Counted from the stretch's first letter, positions 1 to 9,469 are shown. The stretch is 64,000 bases of DNA from an uncultured Spirochaetota bacterium (GCA_963820525.1 CAWGAA010000001.1:2592001-2656000), one strand, 5' to 3'. The notes: generated by a model not told the origin, from the letters alone. Translations and numbers: made by a program.

Positions 1-838
1 GCCCGATGACTTCTCCTGCCCTGGCCTGGAAGCTCACATTGCGGATCTGCAGGCGCACGCTTTCCACGGACACCTCGGCCAGGCGGAGCACCGCCGCGCC
101 GGGAGCGGAGGGGAACCTGTCTGAAGCGGAGATCTGCTTGCCGAACATCATCTCGATCAGGCCGCTGGTCTGGTAGGGCGGCTCGGCGGTGCCGATCAGT
201 CTTCCCTGGCGGAGAACGGCCACCCGGCCGCACAGGGCTTCCACGTCCTCCAGCTTGTGAGAGACGAACAGAATCGTCATGCCCTGCCCCGCGAGCTTTT
301 CAAGCGTGGCGAAGAGCTTCTCCTTCTGCGGCAGGCTGATGCCCGTTGTCGGCTCATCGAGGATCAGGGCCCGGGCCCCGAACCATAGAAGGCGGAGGAT
401 ATCGAGCTGTTGACGCTCGCCGACGGTGAGCGTATCGACATAGGCTTCGGGGTCGAGAAGGAATCCGAACTGTCCGGCCAGCTCCCGGAAGCGCGCGGCG
501 GCTCCCCGCCGGTCGGGGAACAACCCCCCCTCGCGCCCGAGGATGAAATCGTCGAGCAGCTTCAAGGGGGGAAAGTCGAGGGGATCCTGATGCAGCATCC
601 CGATGCCGCTTCGGATCGCATCCGCCGGAGAGTGGATGTGAAGGGGCCTGCCGTCCAGGAGGATTTCCCCGCTGTCGGGAGGGATGAAGCCGGAGAGGAT
701 CTTCATCAAGGTGCTCTTGCCGGCCCCGTTCTCTCCGAGAAGGCCCTGGATGGCGGCGGAAGGAATGGCCAGGGAGATCCCTGCGTTCGCGTGAACCTGC
801 CCGAATGCCTTGTGGATGTTACGCAGCTCGACCCGCAT
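1..838 (-). CDS. Sugar/nucleoside ABC transporter ATP-binding protein (partial, runs off window start)
   Basis: Manual translation from ATG at 838: MRVELRNIHKAFGQVHAN...GLLGENGAGKSTLMKIL (Walker A), LILDEPT (Walker B), VSHKL; downstream of the BMP gene. Confidence 0.9.
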   Translation of the reverse strand, partial: MRVELRNIHKAFGQVHANAGISLAIPSAAIQGLLGENGAGKSTLMKILSGFIPPDSGEILLDGRPLHIHSPADAIRSGIGMLHQDPLDFPPLKLLDDFILGREGGLFPDRRGAAARFRELAGQFGFLLDPEAYVDTLTVGERQQLDILRLLWFGARALILDEPTTGISLPQKEKLFATLEKLAGQGMTILFVSHKLEDVEALCGRVAVLRQGRLIGTAEPPYQTSGLIEMMFGKQISASDRFPSAPGAAVLRLAEVSVESVRLQIRNVSFQARAGEVIG

Positions 839-891
839 GAAGCATCTCTCCCGCCACGCCGCGGATACCCGAACGGGGGGCACCTCCGGGG

Positions 892-930
892 AAAAAGAAG
901 GGGGCGAGACCGACGCGAGCCCCGCCCCTC
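892..930 (-). terminator. Intra-operon hairpin with U-tract after the BMP gene
   Basis: Minus strand AGGGGCGGGGC...GTCTCGCCCCCTTCTTTTT. Confidence 0.55.
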
Positions 931-952
931 AGGGGAGTTCCCGAGTGAATAC

Positions 953-2134
953 TTACTTGGAAACGCTCTGCCCGACCATGCCTTTCAACAGCTGCGGCAG
1001 ATACCAGATCTGTTGGTCCGTGGGGATCTCGCCGGCTTTCAGGTACGAGGTTCCATCCTGGAGCGCCAGCGGGCCCTTCCAGAGGTTCAGGCCTCTGGCG
1101 AGCTCGGAGATGAACTTGTCCACGTTTGCCGAAGCGGAAGCGGACAGAGCGGCACCCTTCTTGAAGCCGACAGCGGAGGTATCCGGGTTGTTGATGTTCT
1201 TCCAATCCGGGCCGTTCCACTCGAAATGCGATTTCCATTTTCCGCTCATCGCCGAACTGATTGCGCGCTGGTAGGCGGGACCCCAGTTGAAGTAGGGCAC
1301 GCCCAGGCAGACATCGGGCCCCTCTTTGATGGCGTCGGAATAGTCGTAGGGGATGGCCCACACCTTTTTGCCCTGGGCGGCGAGCTTGACGGCTTCGGTC
1401 ACGGCCTCGGTGGTGTCGATGCCGGAGACCACCACGTCGTAGCCCGTGTTGAAGAAGTCGTCGGCAACCTGGGTGGGATCCGAGGTCACCCCGGGGATGT
1501 TGAACCAGAACCCGATCCACGTGACCTTGAACTTCAAGGTGGAGGGATCCTTCTTCAGATACGTGGTCCAGGCGTAGCGTGCGCCAAGGTACACGGCGGA
1601 AGCCAGCCGCCTGGTCTCGGCGTTGATTAGGGGGCCGAGGTAGCCGATCTGGCCGGTCTTGGTGGTGAGGGCTGCAGCAACCCCCGCCATCATCTTGGTG
1701 TATTCCATGCGCCCCATGATGTCGACCATGTTGGGAAGGTCTTTGTATTCCTTGCCCTCCTTCCACACCTGGGCGCCCGACGTCATGATGACGAACACGT
1801 CGGAATGAGCCTGGGCGAATTTGACCGCCTCGTCGCTCATGTCGTCGGAGCTGAAGATGACAAGCTTCGCACCCTTGGCCACCAGGCTTTCGGCAAGCTG
1901 GGAGGCGGTGGTGCCCGGGCGATCCGCCGGATTGACCTTGTCGAGGTACAGCATTTTCGCCCCGGGGACCTTGTTCACGACATACTGGGCGCCGTCGTAG
2001 TTGGCCTGGCTCCAGCCGTGGTCGTTGTACGGACCGACCAGCAGGAGGCCGAAGGTGAAGTCGCTCTGCCCGTAGGCAGCGAAGGCCACGCATGCCATGG
2101 CCAGAAGCAGGACGAGTCTGGTGAGTTGTCTCAT
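953..2134 (-). CDS. BMP family ABC transporter substrate-binding protein
   Basis: Signal peptide MRQLTRLVLLLAMACVAFA; GPYNDHGWSQA and WIGFWF motifs typical of the BMP/Med family; GGAG SD before ATG 2134. Confidence 0.9.
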   Translation of the reverse strand: MRQLTRLVLLLAMACVAFAAYGQSDFTFGLLLVGPYNDHGWSQANYDGAQYVVNKVPGAKMLYLDKVNPADRPGTTASQLAESLVAKGAKLVIFSSDDMSDEAVKFAQAHSDVFVIMTSGAQVWKEGKEYKDLPNMVDIMGRMEYTKMMAGVAAALTTKTGQIGYLGPLINAETRRLASAVYLGARYAWTTYLKKDPSTLKFKVTWIGFWFNIPGVTSDPTQVADDFFNTGYDVVVSGIDTTEAVTEAVKLAAQGKKVWAIPYDYSDAIKEGPDVCLGVPYFNWGPAYQRAISSAMSGKWKSHFEWNGPDWKNINNPDTSAVGFKKGAALSASASANVDKFISELARGLNLWKGPLALQDGTSYLKAGEIPTDQQIWYLPQLLKGMVGQSVSK

Positions 2135-2248
2135 ACTCCCTCTCCTTTCACGAGATGCTTGCAAAGTGACATGGACACGATTTGTCTCGCGAGATCCAGA
2201 TTGTACTACACTTGTCGCCGCCAGCACAATCGCCGCCCGATCCCCTGT

Positions 2249-2359
2249 GGGCCGGCCTTCTGACATCCCTGTCGCGGCCGGCCTCCGCCCTCCGCGCGGC
2301 GGAATACCGCCGCGGGGCTAGGGCCGGCCTTCTGACATCCTTGTCGCGGCCGGCCTCCG
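2249..2359. repeat. Two 39-bp palindromic direct repeats separated by a 33-bp hairpin spacer (REP-like)
   Basis: GGGCCGGCCTTCTGACATCC(C/T)TGTCGCGGCCGGCCTCCG at 2249-2287 and 2321-2359, 1 mismatch. Confidence 0.85.
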
Positions 2360-2409
2360 TCCATCATAACGGCGTTTTTCTCGCTGGCGCTCGAAAAGCC
2401 GCCGTTGGA

Positions 2410-3684
2410 CTAGGGCCGCACACGCTTCCTGTCCCTCGGGAACAGGGCGGCCTCCTTGACGTTGGCCAGTCCCAGCACCTTCTGCGTCAGCCTCTCAAGC
2501 CCGATGGCGAACCCCCCATGGGGCGGGCAGCCGTATTTGAAGATGGACAGGTAGTCGGAGAGCCCCGCCGGATCCAGGCCGAAGGTCCGGGCGTTTTCAA
2601 CAAGCATTTCATGGCGATTGATCCTCATGCCGCCCGACGTGACCTCGAGGCCCCGGAAGAGCAGGTCGAAGGCCCTGGTCTTGTTGTTCTCCGCGGGGAA
2701 GGTATAGAAGGGGCGTGACTTGCGCGGGTAGGCATGGACGAACACGGCATCGATTCCGGCCTCAACGGCCGCCCACTCGCAGAGGGTGCGCTCGCCCTCC
2801 GGCGTGATCTCGTACACCTTCTTGCCCGTCTGCCGGGAAATAATCTCCCGCGCCTCGTCGTATGCCACGCGGGGGATCTTGGGGCACAGCTCGGGCTCGG
2901 GCACCGATGCGTTCCACGCGGCCAGGTCCCCGGCGTTCTCCTCCGTGAGCCCGGAGAAGATCGATTGCAGGATCCCGACCTCCAGGTCCATCAGCTCCAT
3001 CTCGCTTTCGATGAAGGCCATCTCGACGTCCAGCGACACGAACTCGTTGATATGACGGGGAGTGTCGTGCTTTTCGGCGCGGTAGGCGGGGCCGATCTCG
3101 AAGACGCGCTCCAGGCCCGAGGCGATCATTGCCTGCTTGTACAGCTGCGGGGATTGCGTCAGGTACACGCGGGTGTCGAAGTACTCGACGGCGAAAAGGC
3201 CGGTGCCGCCCTCGGTCCCGGTGCCGATGAGCTTCGATGTCTTGATCTCGAAAAACCCCTGGCTCCTCAGGTACTCCGAGAACCTCTTGAGGATGGTTGA
3301 CTGCACTCGGAAGATCGAAAGGATCTGGGGGTTCCTGAGGCTGATCATCCTGTTGTCGAGGATCGATTCGAGGGAGAGCTTGTCCGGCTCCTGGTTCACG
3401 GGAATGGGGAGGTCGGGGGCCGCTGCGGAAAGCACCTCGATCCCGGAAACCCGAACCTCGGCCCCGCCGGGGGCCTTCGTGTTGGCCGCCGCCAGGCCGG
3501 AGACGCGCACCACGGACTCCAGCGTCACATCCGGCTTGGCTTCGAAGACGAGCTGAACGATGCCGGAGCGGTCACGCAGGAGGAGAAACGAAACCTTGCC
3601 CAGGTCTCGTATCCTGTGAACCCATCCGAAGAGGGTGATCTCCTGCCCCACGCGGGAGGCGACGTCACGAGCCAGCGTCCGCAT
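2410..3684 (-). CDS. aspS: Aspartate--tRNA(Asp/Asn) ligase, archaeal-type non-discriminating AspRS
   Basis: GWVHRIRDLG OB-fold, KAPGG loop, YLTQSPQLYKQ, motif 2 YRAE, motif 3 PPHGGFAIGLERL; about 424 aa, no GAD insert. Confidence 0.93.
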   Translation of the reverse strand: MRTLARDVASRVGQEITLFGWVHRIRDLGKVSFLLLRDRSGIVQLVFEAKPDVTLESVVRVSGLAAANTKAPGGAEVRVSGIEVLSAAAPDLPIPVNQEPDKLSLESILDNRMISLRNPQILSIFRVQSTILKRFSEYLRSQGFFEIKTSKLIGTGTEGGTGLFAVEYFDTRVYLTQSPQLYKQAMIASGLERVFEIGPAYRAEKHDTPRHINEFVSLDVEMAFIESEMELMDLEVGILQSIFSGLTEENAGDLAAWNASVPEPELCPKIPRVAYDEAREIISRQTGKKVYEITPEGERTLCEWAAVEAGIDAVFVHAYPRKSRPFYTFPAENNKTRAFDLLFRGLEVTSGGMRINRHEMLVENARTFGLDPAGLSDYLSIFKYGCPPHGGFAIGLERLTQKVLGLANVKEAALFPRDRKRVRP

Positions 3685-6076
3685 TGCCCAGCTCCATCCT
3701 TTCCTGCGCTTCCTCCTCGCTCTCGGAAAAGGCAAGACAGGCGAGGAGCTTCGTGTAAGCAGATTCGGTGGTGAGCGATCCCATGGGAACCGCCCCTTCG
3801 CGCCACAGCTCGTGGGAGGTCACATAGCGGGAGAAGTCCACGATCCCTTCCTGCTGGGAGGTGCAGTAGATCTTCACGCCCCTCTCCTTTGCCTCGAGGA
3901 AGGCCTTTCGAAGCGAGTAGGGAGACTCGCGGAGGTTCGCCGTTCCGGTGTCGTACAGCTCCAGGATGAACCAGCGGATGCCCTTGTTCATGAAATCGAT
4001 GAGATGCTCGCCTCTCATGCCGGGATAGATGCGCAGAATCAGCGTGGCGTTGATGGCCGCCTCAAGGCGGGCACGGATCCTCTCCTTGTCCACGGCGAAG
4101 GGCTCGGCAAACAGGGGGTTTGCCGTGTGCACGCGATGGGGCATATTCCAGTTCCTGAATCCGTCAGTGGCCACCCTCTCGAATCTGAGGTTGAGGGGAG
4201 AGAACACCTCGGAGCCGAACACGACGTAAACGCCGGGGGCTTCGCTGGAGGCCACCTGGATGGCCTTTCGAAGATTGGGGATCGCGTCGCTTCCCTCCCT
4301 GCCGGGGGGCTGGAGGGATGCCGTGAAGACGATCGGCACGGGCGGCTGGGGAAACAGCCAGAAGAGGAGGGAGGAGGTGTAGGCGAGGGTGTCGGTCCCA
4401 TGGGCCACGACGATCCCCGCAGCCCTGCCCTGATGCAGGTTCTCTTCGATGCTCGCGATGAGCCTGGCCCAGTCCTCCGGAGTGATCTCCTCGCTCAACA
4501 GCTCTCCCAGCTCCGCCTCTTCGAAGGCGAGGCTCTTGGAGAACTTCCCCTCGGCCTCCAGCATCTTCATGATCTGGGTGGAGTCGCCTCCGACGATATC
4601 CCCCGTTTCCGAGACTCGGCCCACGATCGCCCCTCCGAAGGAGAGGATCCTGATCACGGAGAGGGCGAGCTTTTCCCGAACGAGGCTCTGCACGAGGGCG
4701 GGATCCGCCCTGCCCGAGGTGGCCTTCATGATCTCCCCGACCAGGTAGCCGGTGGGCTTGTGGTCGCCCCTCCTGATTGCCTCGACGATGGAGGCGTTCT
4801 CCTTCATCACGCGATCGATATAACCGCCCAGGACCTTGGGGTCCGTTATCTGCTCCCAGCCTTTCTCGCGAATAATCGCCAGGGGATCCTTGTCCTCCAG
4901 AAAGACGCTCTCGAGGACCGCCTTGGCGATCTTTCCATGAATGCGCTTGGAGGCCAGAAGCGTCAGAAGCTCGCACAGCCGCTTGGGGGTGAGGGGGCTG
5001 GCGGAGAGGGAAACCTCGGCGCGGTTCAAATGCTTCCGCACGTCCGAAGCAAGCCACAGCGCCACACTCTGGGCATCGGCTCCCAGGGCCACGGTCTGCT
5101 CGAAGAAGTCGGCCTGCTCCTTTTCAGCGCAGAGGTACTCCGCCTGCTCCTCGCTCAAGCCGTAGTGGGCAATGAACCTTTGCTTGACTGCCTCGGGAAG
5201 TTCCACGAGGGAATCCTCGACAGCGGAGAGAAACTTCTCGTCGGCAACGAAGGGGGGCAGGTCCGGCTCGGGGAAATAGCGATAGTCTGCCGAGGCTTCC
5301 TTGGTTCTCATTCCTTCCGTGATGTCGCGATTCTCGTTCCACAGGCGGGTCTCCTGCTTCACCGTGCCCCCGCGCTCCAGGATTTCCTCCTGCCGCTCGA
5401 TCTCGTAGCTGATGGCCTTTCTGACGAACTTGAAGGAGTTCAAGTTCTTCACCTCGACCTTGTTGCCCAGGCCCTGGCCCGCCAGGTTCACGGAAACATT
5501 GGCGTCGCAGCGCAGGGAGCCTTCCTCCATGTTTCCGTCGCAGACCCCCAGGTAGCGGACCATGCGCCGCAGGTGCTGGAGGAAGATCTCGGCCTCTTCG
5601 CCCACCTCCATGTCGGGCTGCGTGACGATCTCCAGGAGGGGAGTGCCGGTCCTGTTGAAGTCCAGAAGCGTCACGTCTCCCGCGTGGATCATCTTTCCCG
5701 CATCCTCCTCGAGGTGGACCTCGCGGATGCGAACGCGCCGCTTGCGTTTTCGAAGCTCGATCTCCAGGAAGCCGTCGGTGCCGAGGGGAGAGCGGAACTG
5801 GGAGATCTGATAGTTCTTGGGCAGGTCGGGGTAGAAGTAGTTCTTCCTCTCGAACAGGGTTGACTTGGAGAGCGTGCAGCTCAGGGCCCGCGCCACCACG
5901 TAGCCCATGCGGATCGCCTCGAGGTTCAGGGCAGGGAGCACTCCGGGATAGCCCATGCACACGGGGCACACATTGGTGTTGGGCTCGTCTCCGAAGGCGG
6001 CGCGGCAGCCGCAGAACACCTTCGTGCGGGTGAGCAGCTGGATGTGGACCTCAAGGCCGAGGAACGACGCGTACAC
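3665..6076 (-). CDS. gatB: Asp/Glu-tRNA amidotransferase subunit B fused to a C-terminal asparaginase-like domain
   Basis: N-terminal GLEVHIQL, RKNYFYPDLPKNYQISQ, HLEEDAGK, RCDANVS, YRYFPEPDL; extra ~330 aa with HGTDTLAY, SDA..NL, GVYVVF, YPG. Confidence 0.93.
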   Translation of the reverse strand: MYASFLGLEVHIQLLTRTKVFCGCRAAFGDEPNTNVCPVCMGYPGVLPALNLEAIRMGYVVARALSCTLSKSTLFERKNYFYPDLPKNYQISQFRSPLGTDGFLEIELRKRKRRVRIREVHLEEDAGKMIHAGDVTLLDFNRTGTPLLEIVTQPDMEVGEEAEIFLQHLRRMVRYLGVCDGNMEEGSLRCDANVSVNLAGQGLGNKVEVKNLNSFKFVRKAISYEIERQEEILERGGTVKQETRLWNENRDITEGMRTKEASADYRYFPEPDLPPFVADEKFLSAVEDSLVELPEAVKQRFIAHYGLSEEQAEYLCAEKEQADFFEQTVALGADAQSVALWLASDVRKHLNRAEVSLSASPLTPKRLCELLTLLASKRIHGKIAKAVLESVFLEDKDPLAIIREKGWEQITDPKVLGGYIDRVMKENASIVEAIRRGDHKPTGYLVGEIMKATSGRADPALVQSLVREKLALSVIRILSFGGAIVGRVSETGDIVGGDSTQIMKMLEAEGKFSKSLAFEEAELGELLSEEITPEDWARLIASIEENLHQGRAAGIVVAHGTDTLAYTSSLLFWLFPQPPVPIVFTASLQPPGREGSDAIPNLRKAIQVASSEAPGVYVVFGSEVFSPLNLRFERVATDGFRNWNMPHRVHTANPLFAEPFAVDKERIRARLEAAINATLILRIYPGMRGEHLIDFMNKGIRWFILELYDTGTANLRESPYSLRKAFLEAKERGVKIYCTSQQEGIVDFSRYVTSHELWREGAVPMGSLTTESAYTKLLACLAFSESEEEAQERMELGNADAGS

Positions 6077-6079
6077 GCT

Positions 6080-7474
6080 TCAGCTCCACTTCATGGGGAA
6101 TCCCGGGGGATCCGGGGAAGGGAACACCTTCTCATACGCCGCGCAGGCCTGGAAGAGCCGAGACTCGCCAAAGGCCGGCGCGATGAACTGCATCCCGATG
6201 GGAAGCCCGCCCTCCAGCGCGGCGGGGAAGGAGAGGGCGGGGAGCCCCGCCAGGTTGGCCGAGCAGGTGAAGATATCGGCAAGCTTCTGGGAGAACGGGT
6301 CTGCCTCCGCGCTTCCCCTCTCGAATGCGGGAACCGGGTAGACCGGCATGAGAATGAGGTCCACGGCGGCGAAGGCCTTCTGGAAATCATTGCGGATCGC
6401 GGTTCGCACCTTCTGCGCCTTCAGGTAGTACTGGTCCTGGAAGCCCGAGCGAAGCACATATGTGCCCAAAAGGATGCGCAGCTTCACTTCGTCGCCGAAG
6501 CCCTCGTTGCGCGTGAGAAGCATCATCTGCTCCGGGTTATCGGCCTGGGCCGCACGCGAGCCGTAGCGTACCCCGTCGAAGCGCGCGAGGTTGGCGCTCG
6601 CCTCCGCGGTGGCGATGATGTAGTAGCAGGAAACGACGTGCTCAAGGGTCGGGAGGGTGACTTCCTGGACCGCGAAGCCCAGCTTGCCCAGGGCGGCCTT
6701 CGTGTTCTCCAGGGTCTTCTTCACGTCGGGGTGCATGGGAACCTCGGCGCATTCGCGGGGGACCCCGATGACGATCTTTCCCGCTTTGGAGGCCGGCCGA
6801 GGATCGGCGGGCTGATAGGGCAGCGAGGAGTGATCGAGGGGATCCTGGCTCCGCATCGCGCCGAAGACCTCGGAGGCGGTGGAAACAGTCTTTGCCGCCA
6901 CCCCGATCACTTCGAGTGAGGAGGCATAGGCCACCAAGCCGTAGCGGGAGACCGATCCATAGGTGGGCTTCAGGCCATAGACGCCGCAGAAAGCGGCGGG
7001 CTGCCGGACGGAGCCTCCCGTGTCGGAGCCGAGGGCGAAGGGAACGATTCCCGAGGCGACGGCTGCCGCGGATCCGCCGCTGGACCCCCCGGGCACGCGC
7101 TTGAGGTCCCAGGGGTTGGCGGTCTTTTGGAAGGCCGAGTTCTCGGTGGAGGAGCCCATGCCGAACTCATCCAGGTTGGTTTTTCCAGCTACCACGGCGC
7201 CCGCGGCCTGGAGCCGGGCCACGGCGGTAGCGGTGTAGGGCGACACGAAGGAGCCGAGGATGCGCGAGCCGCAGGTCAACCGGAACGATCGGACGGCGAT
7301 ATTGTCCTTCACTGCGAAGGGCACCCCTGCAAGAAGGCCGGACGCCGCCGAATCTTCACCGCCCAGAGCGGGATCGAACTGGAGAAATGCGCGCACCTTC
7401 TCTTCCCGGGCCAGGGCTTGAGTCTTCCACTTTTCGCTCACTGCCCCGGGCGCCGCGATGCCGTGCCAATCCAT
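6080..7474 (-). CDS. gatA: Asp/Glu-tRNA amidotransferase subunit A
   Basis: Amidase signature: AVKDNI, GKTNLDEFGMGSS, PGGSSGGSAA, GSDTGGSVRQPA. Confidence 0.96.
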   Translation of the reverse strand: MDWHGIAAPGAVSEKWKTQALAREEKVRAFLQFDPALGGEDSAASGLLAGVPFAVKDNIAVRSFRLTCGSRILGSFVSPYTATAVARLQAAGAVVAGKTNLDEFGMGSSTENSAFQKTANPWDLKRVPGGSSGGSAAAVASGIVPFALGSDTGGSVRQPAAFCGVYGLKPTYGSVSRYGLVAYASSLEVIGVAAKTVSTASEVFGAMRSQDPLDHSSLPYQPADPRPASKAGKIVIGVPRECAEVPMHPDVKKTLENTKAALGKLGFAVQEVTLPTLEHVVSCYYIIATAEASANLARFDGVRYGSRAAQADNPEQMMLLTRNEGFGDEVKLRILLGTYVLRSGFQDQYYLKAQKVRTAIRNDFQKAFAAVDLILMPVYPVPAFERGSAEADPFSQKLADIFTCSANLAGLPALSFPAALEGGLPIGMQFIAPAFGESRLFQACAAYEKVFPSPDPPGFPMKWS

Positions 7475-7481
7475 AGGACCT

Positions 7482-7760
7482 CTATAATACGTTGGGGATG
7501 ACGATGAAGCGGTCTTCCCGCTGGGGAGCGTTATCGAGAAGCCGGTCGGTATCGACGCCGGCTGACTCCCTGTCTTCTCGGAGCCGGTTTTCCTTCAAGA
7601 GGGCATGTGTCGTGGGTTGGAGCGCCTCGACATCGAGGCTCCTCATGTGAGAGAAGTAGCCCAGCATCTGTTCGACGGCCTGCCGGAGCTTCTCCACCTC
7701 ATGCGGCTTCAGAGAGAGTCGCGCCATGCGGGCGGTAGTGTACAGCTCCTCGGCATCCAT
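7482..7760 (-). CDS. gatC: Asp/Glu-tRNA amidotransferase subunit C
   Basis: 92 aa, ARMARL...LREDR...NAPQREDRFIVIPNVL; directly upstream of gatA. Confidence 0.92.
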   Translation of the reverse strand: MDAEELYTTARMARLSLKPHEVEKLRQAVEQMLGYFSHMRSLDVEALQPTTHALLKENRLREDRESAGVDTDRLLDNAPQREDRFIVIPNVL

Positions 7761-7973
7761 GGCAGAGCATTAAACCCGGAGCCCAGCGCCATGTCAAGGC
7801 GCCGGAAGCGCTCGGGATCTTACGGAAGGAGCTTGACGGAGAGAATGGCGATATTTTACATTATTGAAGGGATATCGAGGCTTCTCCTGTCGGGCGGAGA
7901 CTTTCTCTGGCGTTCAAAGCCGCTATTATCCAAGGAATACTCCGTTCTCGACCGTCATCGGTGTAAAAAAAAT

Positions 7974-8001
7974 TTGACGGTAGAGAAGAGCATGGTACAA
8001 T
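7974..8001 (+). promoter_or_regulatory. Putative sigma70 promoter for the GH63-like gene
   Basis: TTGACG-16 nt-TACAAT with TGn extended -10. Confidence 0.5.
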
Positions 8002-8032
8002 ACGGCAACCAAACCAAGAGCGAGGAATGTGA

Positions 8033-9454
8033 GTGGTCAAAAAGGATTTCCCGAGGGTTCACTTCTACGATCGAGAGCTGGTAGGGCTCTACGACGAGAC
8101 CTGGACGCTCATGAAGGACTACTGGAAGAAGGGCACCCAGAGAAACGGATTCGCCTCCCGCTATTTCAATCACCCCGACAGCACGATGATCAATCAGTTC
8201 GAGGCATGCTTCGCCACCTTCTTCCTCGTGTACTCCAACCGCATCTTCCCCGTGCTTTCCCTGCTGGACAACTTCTACGGCAAGCAGGAGGACTCCGGCG
8301 CGATCAGGGGGGAGTACAGCGAAGAGGATGGAAGGCCGCTGCACCGGCGCGACAACCCCAAGGGAATCCTCCCTCCGCTTTTCGCCTGGGCCGAGCATAA
8401 CATCTATCACAAGCTTGGGGCGAAGAAGCGAATCCGGGACGTTCTTCCAACCCTCGAGCGCTACTACCAGTGGATAGAGGATACCTTCAAGCTGGAAAAC
8501 GGCCTGTTCTCGGTCCCCCTTTCCGCCACGATGATGGACAATTCTCCCCGGGAAGACATGCACTTCCCCATCGACTTCAACTCCCAGATGGCGCTCTTCG
8601 CCTACTACATGTCGGAGCTCGCCGACATCATCAACGACAAGGAAACCAACTACAAGTACAGGAAGAGCTACTTCTCGCTGAAGACAAAGATCAACTCCCT
8701 GATGTGGGACGAGAGGGACGGCTTCTACTACGATCTGGACGCACGGGAGAAACGGCTGCGCGTCAAGACGATCGCCTCGTTCTGGCCCCTGATTGCCGAG
8801 ATTCCCAACGAAGCCAGGGGAGAGAGGCTCATCGACCACCTGGTGGATCCCCACGAGTTCGGGATCGAGAATCCCTTCCCGACCCTGGCAGTGAAGGACA
8901 AGCACTTCGACCCCATCGGGATGGGCTACCGCGGCTCGGTGTTTCCGCCCTTCAACTATATGGTCATCAAGGGCCTGGAGAAATACAAGAGGTTCGACCT
9001 CGCCCGCGAGTTCGCCATCCGCCACCTCTACTACGTTCTGGACGGGCTCTACCCGAATAACGGCAAGAAGGGTTCCCTCTTCGAAGCCTATGCGCCCCAA
9101 ACCGAGGGTCCCGCAAAGTGGCCGGGGAAAAGGGGCTTCCCGAGGTCCATGTTCCTCCCCTCCACCGCCATTTCAACGGTTTCCCTCATGATGGAGAACA
9201 TCATCGGGCTGGACATTTCCCTGCCGAGGAAGACGGTGGATTGGACCATCCCCACCCTCGAGATGATGGGAATCGAGGACCTGGCGCTGAAGAGGAACCT
9301 CATCACCATTCTGAGCAGCAAGAGCACGAGGGGCTGGGAGATACATCTGGAGAGCGAAAAGCTCTACTACCTCACGATCGACCTGTTCGGGGCGAAAAAC
9401 AAGACCCTCCCCATCCCTTCAGGCAAGTGCTCCATCCTGGTGGACAAGATATAG
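8033..9454 (+). CDS. GH63/MGH1-like (trehalase-like) glycoside hydrolase
   Basis: MDNSPR, LMWDERDGFYYD, KTIASFWPL, YRGSVFPPFNYMVIKGL, FEAYAP motifs of (alpha/alpha)6 inverting glycosidases. Confidence 0.75.
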   Translation: MVKKDFPRVHFYDRELVGLYDETWTLMKDYWKKGTQRNGFASRYFNHPDSTMINQFEACFATFFLVYSNRIFPVLSLLDNFYGKQEDSGAIRGEYSEEDGRPLHRRDNPKGILPPLFAWAEHNIYHKLGAKKRIRDVLPTLERYYQWIEDTFKLENGLFSVPLSATMMDNSPREDMHFPIDFNSQMALFAYYMSELADIINDKETNYKYRKSYFSLKTKINSLMWDERDGFYYDLDAREKRLRVKTIASFWPLIAEIPNEARGERLIDHLVDPHEFGIENPFPTLAVKDKHFDPIGMGYRGSVFPPFNYMVIKGLEKYKRFDLAREFAIRHLYYVLDGLYPNNGKKGSLFEAYAPQTEGPAKWPGKRGFPRSMFLPSTAISTVSLMMENIIGLDISLPRKTVDWTIPTLEMMGIEDLALKRNLITILSSKSTRGWEIHLESEKLYYLTIDLFGAKNKTLPIPSGKCSILVDKI

Positions 9455-9469
9455 CACACGGGCTCTCGA

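Noticed and set aside
2249..2359. CRISPR array
   Set aside because: Only two repeats, the spacer is itself palindromic, and there is no AT-rich leader or cas gene in the window
3635..5863. Long antisense ORFs (also 410-1630, 7955-9100, 29186-31225 and others)
   Set aside because: Shadow ORFs opposite well-supported genes, as expected in high-GC DNA; no recognisable motifs
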